Source: Octopus vulgaris (lineage: Eukaryota). From it: 64,000 nt of DNA. Numbering within the stretch: position 1 is the first letter of the stretch; every line of letters starts with the position of its first letter. Below, one piece after another: positions 52,753-64,000 of the stretch. The notes beneath the pieces were generated by a model that was not told the origin of the DNA, made no database searches, and worked only from the letters and a program-made list of their open reading frames with translations. The DNA lies in NCBI GenBank assembly GCA_951406725.2, contig OX597817.1, forward strand, positions 75,330,001 through 75,394,000, written 5' to 3'. A program made the position numbers and the translations under genes.

Positions 52753-53421
52753 TGTGTGTGTGTATGTATATAAATTAGAGAAGAACCACCATGTAGCAAT
52801 TCAACAATGATGTAATTAAATCCTACCATATAGAAAAAAATAAAATATACGATAAAACATTTACCTAGAACTAAATGAAGTATAAAATAATAAATAAATA
52901 GTATATAATTAATATATAGACTATATTTATGTATATATATATATATATATAAAGGAATACAAAAAAATGGGACAGGAACGCAAAACATCCAGACAACTTT
53001 GATGATACAAAAAAGGGACAACAAAATATCCAGACATGATACAAAAGAGGGACAAGGAAAAACACGGACGGGTCATTCGAAGTTTTCTTTCCTCAGTCGA
53101 GTTCCAGATTATCTTTGCAATTTCGGCTGGTTATATTCGAGATTGCGCTAATCTGGCCAGCCCAAAGAAAAAAAAACTAAGAAAAAAAAACAAGAGCATT
53201 AGATTCTTCGGAAGAAAATAGCAAATGTATACGAAAACAAGGACGAAAAAAATGAGAAATAGTACACAAATACAAATGCAAATAACAACCACCTACAAGG
53301 ACGAACGTCTTAAAGCAAAGGGAAACTAGGTAGTTGTCTAAGGGTCTCATGGATCTAGGGACCTAATTCTGATTTATGTATTTCATTGTTCCCTTTTCTT
53401 TCTCTTTACCTTCGATCCTGC

Positions 53422-53492
<71 letters not shown>

Positions 53493-56200
53493 CACCGTAA
53501 TTTCACTTAGGCATGGCGATACTAATAACCAGTTGTTCGAATACGGTGACTCCGATGATGCTATAAGATGTTGGACAAGCACTCAGCTCCGAGTGCATTG
53601 TTTCTTATAACAAAAACAGCTGTAAGCCAATGAAGCTGATTATGTAATTCCTGTTTACTCGTAATTCAACAATACATACACACACATACATACATACATA
53701 CATAAATACATACATACAAACAAAGACATCATTGTTTTTATGACAGAATGTAATTACTGGCTTAATTAGTCGCAAGTATTTCCAATGTTTAGAGTGAAGT
53801 CTCAATTAAATATCGTTACTGTTTTTGAATGAGAAAGCTATTTCTTCTTAAGGCAGTTGGTTCGTTCCTGTCACACATTCTGCAATCAGACATTAATTAC
53901 AAAATTTATTATAGCCCATCTTAAAATCGGTGAAATTCTCAGTATCAAGATCTAATTTGAGGTTAGCTTAGCAAATATCAAATAAATAAATAAATAAATG
54001 AATAAATGAAGAGAGAAATAAATAAAGAAGAAAGCCGAAGAAGATGCTTAAAGTTATGTTCGTCTATTGGTGATCGCTGAAGACAGTGTCTTCTAGCATA
54101 GAGCACCTTAAGAGGGTGTACATCCATGCCGAGGACCAGAGAATCATGAGATGCAATAGAGGTGACATAAACTCCCCGGGAAATTAAAGGATTCCTTCAA
54201 ATTACTTTACCATATCCAAAATCATTCACATAGTTATGTATAAACTGAATTCAGTAGTGGAATTCTGGTTCGAGGATTTAAAAGTTTTGGGGTGTGTGGA
54301 ATGACTTCTTAACCACCTTTGTTCCCCGGTCTACTCTGACCCGGAGTAGTAACACCTATCAGGGTCCTAGCTATGGGTTACGGCTTGCCTGCCTATACAC
54401 ATGAAGACTGGATCCGGCTCATTCCGCGGAAGAAACTGCCATAGTCCTACGTAGGAGAAAGCGGCCGCAGCAACGCATTGTGGAGTGCAGAGAGCAAGAT
54501 GTGACGAGACATCTTGGTCATCTGTTGTATCCGACTTCATTCCCAGTCGTTTTGATTTGGTTTCTTTTTCACTTTTGTGGAGGCGCGTGGCTTAGTGGGT
54601 AGGGTGTTGGACTCGTGATCATAAGACTGTGGTTTCGATTCCTGGACCGGGCGACGCGTGTTCTTGATCAAAACACTTCATTTCACGTTGCTCCAGTTCA
54701 TTCAGCTGGCAAAAATGAGTAATCCTGCAACAAACCGGCGTCCCACCCAGGTGGGGGAATATATACGCCATGAAACCAGGGAACCGGCCGTAATGAGTTG
54801 GTATGATTCGAGAAGGTAACTTTACCTTTTTTTCTTCACCTTAAGCAAAATCATCACGCAAATCATCTGTCATTTTAAAGAGCGATTAGATTGTCTTCGT
54901 TATTCCAACGGATGAACATGATCATACACAAAGTCTAAACGTATTGTGCTTACATTTACATAATTTAATGCGGTAAAAGTGAAAGTTGAGTAAGAAAATA
55001 GGACCCAAAATAAAAACGTTTTAAAAAACTACATTAAAATTATGTTGACTTATAATGCTAAATTTTATTGATTTCATGGAAAAGGTTTGCATAAAGATCA
55101 TATCAGTGTATTAAGTTTGTATATAGATATTTTTATATAAAAAACCTGAAACGGATGCAACAAAAGCAAAACAAACAACAAACACCCTTTACATTGATTA
55201 CTTGAAGACACCACTATCATATGCCTAAATTTTCTAGAGCCACACCAATGGCGTAAAAAAAAAACATGGAGAGTTTTTCTCCCATAGTTTTGAGGTAATG
55301 TTACAGCAAAACATGTAACATTGCAGATAATTATGTATATAAAATACATGTAGGAGGTTTTATGTTGCCGGGCTCTGTATCACTAACCGTAATAATATTC
55401 CACTCGTAACGATTTAATAAGCTTAACTATTGACCGAACGTAGGCATAATCGAAGTTTTGATGCAACAAAACAATGAAATGCGGGTGTTGCACTTTAAAC
55501 ATCCTCAATTCAGATAAATAAGCTACACTACGGAAGAATGAAGACAGAATCGAAATCTTTAACATAACGAAACAAAACGAAATTCGAGTGTTGTGCTGTA
55601 AACAACCTTAACTAGGTTCAATAAACCTAACTATTGAACGAGCGAAAACACAATTGAGATCTTTAACATAACGAAAGAGAAAGAAATTCGAGTGTTGCAT
55701 TTTAAACAGCCTCAACTATGAAACAAAATGCTAGATATCTTTAGCATAATGAAACAACATATGAAAATCTATAAACTTATACTTCAAAATAGAAATAAAG
55801 ATATTTATGTAAAATTATACCATATGTGGCGCTAGTTTTCAATAGATATAGTTGAAAACCTCTGTACTGTCATAGCATTGTCTAAAGAATTTGGAACTAA
55901 AGATCAAATTGATGAACTTTGAAATAATTAAATAATATCTAAAATAATTAGTTAAAATAATTATCAGCTTTACTTTTTATTTTTAAAAGCAATTAATTGT
56001 TCTAGTTATTGCAATTATATTCAAAATTAAATTAATTTAAAAACAAAATTGATTTATACATATAATCAATAATAATAAAAAATGTGAAATGAAAACTTTT
56101 TACAAAATTTGAAATAAATTCAGTTTTCCCAACGGTGAGTGTAACTTAATTATAAATTAGAACAAATAATTAGAAACACTCTTCCAGATTTCCGAGGTGT

Positions 56201-56260
<60 letters not shown>

Positions 56261-56303
56261 GTGTGCATGTTTGAATGTGTATGTGTGTGTGTGTGTGCGT
56301 GAG

Positions 56304-57545
56304 TTGTGTTGAGTTAAAACATTTGCAGAGTTTTGGTAACTTTATTTGATTTATTTGTCAAATTACAACAAAAGCAGCCTACCATTCAAAGTAGAAGCCA
56401 TAATGTTGCATCACCTGAAACAACCTTTCTGCCAGTTCTTTGATTCCCAATGATACCAGTTCTTGTTCTTCGAAGCGAAGAACTCCTTCACAAAAGTTTC
56501 CACCTTCTCTCTGTTGATGAAGCGTCTTGAGCTCAAGAAGCGAGCCAAGTGTCGGAACAAAAATAATCTGAGGGAGTTATGTCCGGACTACATGCTGTAT
56601 ATAGCACCAGTTCGATTCCCTCAAGTTCCTGGAGTTTATTCAGGGTCGTACGAGCAATATAAGGTATTGCGTTGTCTTAGTGCAGAAGAGCTAGCTTTCT
56701 GTTAACCAATGCCGAGTATTTTTGCCGCACAATCCATAAGATGCCGAGCGCCCCTGATACTCTCCGAGAGCTACTTTCCGGATTTACCTCTATCGCCTGA
56801 AACACTGCCTCAGAATCCACAGTTTTAGGCTTACCTTGCCTTGTCTGATCGTCAAGGTTCTTGCAACTTGAGTGAAATTTCTCGAACCATCTTGCTATTG
56901 TCATGGGACCAACTGCGCCTTCACCTTTCGTGCAACAAATACTTTTAGTTGGCTCCGCGGCATTATGGTCTTGTTAGAACTCGTAAAGGGTAAGTTCGCG
57001 AATTAGACTACGTTGCACGTTTATCACTCAGATGGTGGATGGGTGCTACACGAGAATGCTGAGGATGGATCTGAATATTAATCAGTATACACTGAGGATG
57101 AAGAACTTAGAGCTATACGAGAGTCTCCCAATAATTTGCTCGAAAATAACACAGAGGAGACTGAGGTTAGCTGGACAGGCTCACCGTCATTCAGAGTTAA
57201 TACTGCACTCAGTGCTCCTGTGGGAGCTTTTACATGGACACACTAGAAGGGGGAGACCGAGGATGACATGTATTGATGCCCTAGGGACAGACACTGGTCT
57301 CTTGGAGGCACAGGACATGGCAACGATGATGAAGGAGAAAGACCGCTGGACAGAACTCGTCCATGGGTCTTGGGAATTTTAACCGCCCTAGATAGATAGA
57401 TACGTAGTGAAGCAATGCACAACGTGTCAGTGAACAAACTTCAGTGGGTATCTTCTACGGTTTGAACTGCTTCAGTCACGTGATATATACGCAGCCCACA
57501 AAATAGCACGTATGCAAATATTGCAAAAATTTCGACTCACCTCAA
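56304..57545 (-). mobile_element. Decayed mariner element with a nested RTE fragment
   Basis: The imperfect TIRs are ttgtgttgagttaaaacatttgc (56304-56326) and gcaaaaatttcgactcacctcaa (57523-57545). The minus ORF ARWFEKFHS..LDDQTRQGKP..IEVNP..SRRVS..LGI is a mariner HTH region. Confidence 0.75.
57030..57402 (+). pseudogene. RTE-type LINE 3' fragment
   Basis: DGCYTRMLR..QRRLRLAG..LLW..HGHTRRGRP, with a (taga)n tail. Confidence 0.8.
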
Positions 57546-57837
57546 AATATACATACACATACATGTAAATATATATATATATATATCTATATGCCACAGA
57601 ACCTTTCAAAACTAGACACTAATATCTAAACTTTATCCAATTCTAATAAGATTGTCTATCAAACAAATCAACCAATATCAATAAAAATAATCACCATAAG
57701 CCATGAATTCAATCCACAAACACTTTCAGCTTTATGAGAATGAAGGACAACTCAGACTAACGTGACCTCAAGACATAAAAAATTCCTTAACAAGCATATC
57801 AAATATACGCTTCCCTCATCAGTCTCCAAATGGGTAT

Positions 57838-58200
<363 letters not shown>

Positions 58201-58337
58201 ATCCATCTACACACATACACGCACACACACGCCTCTTACGCAAGATCTTCCTCAGTTAAGTCATTTCAAAATATTTTGAAATGTCTTAAGTAAGATCTTG
58301 CGTAAAACCGAATGTCTTTATTACTTACTTACTTTAA

Positions 58338-58730
58338 CTTTACTTTTACTTGTTTCAGTCATTTGACTGCGGCCATGCTGGAGCACCGCCTTTAATCGAG
58401 CAACTCGACCCCGGGACTTATTCTTTTTGTAAGCCCAGTACTTATTCTATCGGTCTCTTTTGCCGAACCGCTAGGTAACGGGGACATAAACACACCAGCA
58501 TCGGTTGTCAAGCAATGCTAGGGGGACAAACACAGACACACAAACAAACACACATACATATATGTACATATATACGACAGGCTTCTTTCAGTTTCCGTCT
58601 ACCAAATCCACTCACAAGGCATTGGTCGGCCCGGGGCTATAGCAGAAGACACTTGTCCAAGATGCCACGCAGTGGGACTGAACTCGGAACCATGTGGTTG
58701 GTTAGCAAGCTACTTACCACACAGCCACTC
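58338..58730 (-). mobile_element. tRNA-derived SINE
   Basis: Same family as 43247-43668. Confidence 0.88.
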
Positions 58731-59105
58731 GCAACGATCTTAAACGTACGTATTAAGTGCATTCACAATATCATTATCTAGTCTGATTTCATTGTTGGTC
58801 GGAAGCATATAGCCTCTTTACTAATGGAGATAAAAATATAGTCTTGGCTAGTTTCGTGGTGAAAAAACCGAAACCAAAAAAAAAACAACCTTTTCTGAGA
58901 GAGAAAGAACAGCTGCCTCTCCTTGAACGATTTCAGCTGTGTCGAAATAGGTTAGCCTATGTGCGTTTTACTTGAAACTGCACGCATACTGCGTAAAGTA
59001 TTGTCAAGCGGAGATCCTTGTGGTTTGAGAGAGAGTTCAAATTCCCGATACACACAATATCTTCAATGTATAACATCACAATTTTGGGTACTGTGCGACG
59101 TCTTC

Positions 59106-59174
<69 letters not shown>

Positions 59175-60250
59175 CTATCATAAAGGAAAGCAAAAAATTT
59201 GCTATTGATCTCGTGCAGGATACCCAAACTGAACAACCCGAGGGAAGTACGGCAACTATTGTTGCAAAGAAGGTGAAAATGATGGCAATGAAGAAAGCGC
59301 ACGAGCAATTGGCTGATAGGCGGGAGGAGAAACCCCTGCACGGCAAATATGTGACCCGCAGCAAACAAGCTGATGTTGACCAGAAGCAAACCCATCAGTG
59401 GCTACGGAGCTCAGGGCTAAAAGCAGAGAGCGAAGGTTTCATCCTGGCTGCTCAAGATCAAAGCCTATTAACCCGGAACTACCAGGCCAATGTGATGAAA
59501 AATGGAGCAGACCCAAAATGCCGATTCTGCAACGACATGATTGAAACAGTGGACCACCTAATCTCTGGATGTAAAGTCTTAGCACCAGTGGAGTATAAAT
59601 TAAGACATGACAGAGTTGGCCAATATCTCCACTGGCTAATAAGTCGGCATTACAATATCAAAACTGCCGACAAGTGGTATAATCACCACCCTGAGGCTGT
59701 AACTGAAGGAGAAAATGTAACCATTCTGTGGGACTTTCCAGTACATACAGATCGAACCATCAAGGCCAATAAACCAGATATTGTTGTGAAAGACCAAAAC
59801 AATAAAGTTTGCTTATTGATCGACATGAGCATCCCCTGTGATCATAATATCTCAGCGAAAGAGTTTGACAAGCTGAGAAAATATAAAGACCTACTCATTG
59901 AAATTGAGAAAATGTGGCATCTCAAGGCGGTTACAATACCAGTGATCGTAGGAGCACTAGGAATGATCAAGAAGGGAACCGAAAATTATATGAGAATGAT
60001 CCCTGGCTTACCATCCCTGCAAGAAGTGCAAAAGATTGTCTTAACTGGTACATCACACGTATTGAGAAGAGCATTGTCGATGTGAGAACTGTTGCTGCTC
60101 ATGTATTTTAATTTAACTTAAAAAAAAAAATGAACGAACTACTGAGTTTGGTTTAATGGCCTACCAATGAATACTATGAGTTTCTTTGCCCTAGGAGTCG
60201 GGAAGACACTCGGCAAGAAATGGAAGCAAATTTGAATGAAGAAAAAAAAA

Positions 60251-60251
<1 letters not shown>
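59175..60251 (+). mobile_element. 5'-truncated Dong/R4-clade LINE inserted in (TAA)n
   Basis: Flanked by (AAT)n at 59106-59174 and 60252-60320; contains the REL-endonuclease ORF listed next. Confidence 0.88.
59213..60085 (+). CDS. C-terminal part of a Dong/R4 ORF: CCHC knuckle plus restriction-like endonuclease
   Basis: KPLHG, AAQDQSLLTRNY, CRFC-x7-H-x4-C, RHD, KPDIV..IDMSIP, K..KYKDL and VIVGALG. Confidence 0.9.
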   Translation: MQDTQTEQPEGSTATIVAKKVKMMAMKKAHEQLADRREEKPLHGKYVTRSKQADVDQKQTHQWLRSSGLKAESEGFILAAQDQSLLTRNYQANVMKNGADPKCRFCNDMIETVDHLISGCKVLAPVEYKLRHDRVGQYLHWLISRHYNIKTADKWYNHHPEAVTEGENVTILWDFPVHTDRTIKANKPDIVVKDQNNKVCLLIDMSIPCDHNISAKEFDKLRKYKDLLIEIEKMWHLKAVTIPVIVGALGMIKKGTENYMRMIPGLPSLQEVQKIVLTGTSHVLRRALSM

Positions 60252-60305
<54 letters not shown>

Positions 60306-60872
60306 TAATAATAATAATAATTATTATTGTTATAAATGCCCTGATGTAGTACCAGGCAGTGGCTTTCATGATTGGAAGTGTTATCATGTACATTGTTCTG
60401 ACTTGCTATAAGAGGTGGGCTACAGCAAATATTCTGCTCAATAACACAGGTTTGCTTGTCAGTTGTTTGGCCATAACCAGTTGAGTAAGTCCGTTAGTGG
60501 CTGACGATATGAGTATCTCTGATCACGAGCAGAAGTGAGAGAGCATCATGTGTTGAAAGAAGTTCTTTGGGGTTTAGATAGCTCACCTTTGGAAACATGG
60601 GTGTTTCGTTCAACATCCTTTAACAACTCTTATTTATGCACCATTTGAGCGGGATGGGCTACTCGACCAGAAGAAAATTCTAACTGGGCTCCACGTGCAA
60701 GATCATGTGGTGTTTATCTTGATATGGGATCACCATGTCGCGCACATATGGTTGTGATGTATGTGCCTAGTGTACCCTTATCAGACGGGTATAAAGAGAA
60801 ATTGTTCGCTTTGCGTATTAAATAAAAGATTTTGAAAATGAAATGTATCTATTTACTTCCTGCATGACTGTG

Positions 60873-60945
<73 letters not shown>

Positions 60946-61160
60946 ACACACACGCACACACACACACATTCAAAGCAACATTGTTTATTTTTCTTGATAA
61001 AATTCTATTCATGTAACATAAATATAAATTTAATGTACAAATTTGTAATTAGATTATTAAGTATTTACTGAAACGGCTGTAAGAGGCAAAGATGACCAAT
61101 TTGTTGATAATAAACAATTAACTTCCTTATCTCCATTTTTTCTTCTTTTAAATGGATGCA

Positions 61161-61219
<59 letters not shown>

Positions 61220-61223
61220 CATG

Positions 61224-61306
<83 letters not shown>

Positions 61307-61407
61307 GATTTTTGTCGTTACTTACCGTCGTCTATTACTATATTATTATTATTATTATTGTTATTATTATTGTTATTCTTCTTCTTCTTCTTCTTCTTCT
61401 TCTTCTT

Positions 61408-61438
<31 letters not shown>

Positions 61439-61823
61439 TTATTATTATTATTCAGCCGTGTTTTATCTTTTATCCTTGTTCGTTCGTGTTTTTGTTGCTC
61501 TTTCGTATTTTTACATGCGCTACTTTTGTCAAATTTCCTGGTGATTTAGCAACAATATTGTCGTACTTAGTATTTGCGCATTTATATCATTAGGTTTTTA
61601 TGTTGAGAATGAAGTCGCAATAAAGCGACAAGAAAGAGAAATACCAAGAAAAAAATCTTCCACTCAGTTACTAATAAGGTTGTGGTTCAACGTAGAAAGA
61701 TTTTACAAAATAACCTTGTAAATTGTGATATCGGTGAATTGCATGTTATGCTATAAGTTCTATCCGAATTTTGAATAAGAAAATGTATATATATGTATAT
61801 GTATATATACATATATATATGTG

Positions 61824-63012
<1,189 letters not shown>

Positions 63013-63216
63013 TATATATATATATATGTATATACACATATACATATATACACATATACATATATATATATATGTAAACATATATATATATATATGTATA
63101 CATATATATATATATATATGTATATGTATATATATACACACACACATATATATATATACATATATATATACATATATATATACATATATATATACATATA
63201 TATGTATATATACATA

Positions 63217-63261
<45 letters not shown>

Positions 63262-63266
63262 TACAT

Positions 63267-63375
<109 letters not shown>

Positions 63376-63559
63376 CATATATACATATATACATATACGT
63401 GTGTGTAATCCATAGCTACAAGGCCCGGAATTTTGGGAGAGGGGGCTAGTCGATTAGATCGACCCCAGTACGCAACTGGTACTTAATTTATCGACTCCGA
63501 AAGGATGTAAGGCAAATCGATAGGTAGGACTACATACTTTAGTATTTAGTTGACATTCC

Positions 63560-64000
63560 CTTTGCAGTTTTTAATTCAGAAACTCTTTTTGGCATTGAAT
63601 TCATCTTTAGATTTAGGCCACTGTCGAGTTTTTCGTATAGTTCTATCTAGTATGCTCCAAAGATTTTTAATTGGGTTCATGTCAGGGGATTGGCTCGGTC
63701 AATGAAGCTTTTTGATCCCATTTTCAGTCAGCCATTGTTGATTCCTTTTCGCTGTGTGGCATGGAGCCCCATGTTTAATGGATAAAAACTATTTTTTTGT
63801 TATGTTATCGTGTGAATACATCGGAATACTTGCTTAAGTATTTCGATGTATTTTTCAGAGTTTATGGTCCCAACACATTCGATCAGGTCAGAACTACCAT
63901 TGCTGGTGACAGCTCCCCATACCAATACAGAGATACCGCCATGTTTCATAATTAGCTGGAGTCGTTTCAAATCAAATTCTTGACTGGGAAGCCTCCAGAC
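63560..64000 (-). pseudogene. Decayed Tc1-family transposase fragment (runs off the window end)
   Basis: HGGISVLVWGA..INSEKYIEIL; after a frameshift, HGAPCHTAK..WL..*PSQSPDMNPIKNLWSIL. Confidence 0.8.

Overview
This is AT-rich, microsatellite-dense eukaryotic genomic DNA, not prokaryotic. The SINE/LINE complement looks like a coleoid cephalopod, probably Octopus (inferred from repeat families). The only well-supported host gene is the 3' end of a SIRT1-like sirtuin on the + strand: exon 2837-2977 splices in phase 1 to terminal exon 5826-6526 and rebuilds the SIRT1 C-terminal regulatory motif. A long CpG-poor tract follows. The rest is a transposon mosaic: a young 5'-truncated RTE LINE with a PHD-like finger, a Dong/R4-type LINE in (TAA)n, decayed Tx1/L1-like and RTE LINEs, Tc1/mariner, piggyBac and Helitron relics, several SINE families and Penelope-like (GIY-YIG) elements. 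The most striking signal is a set of sequence-unrelated, non-coding fold-back or tandem elements, mostly set in or beside (TA)n/(CA)n tracts, several carrying type I hammerhead ribozyme motifs. The best case (61923-63012) is a ~355-bp unit present as two head-to-head multimeric blocks. It has a U3:A8-covariant minimal hammerhead, and one block starts about 5 nt from the predicted cleavage site, as expected for a retrozyme-like RNA mobilised by Penelope-like machinery. Most ORFs in the supplied track are microsatellite or repeat artefacts. All structures were read by eye, so boundaries are approximate.
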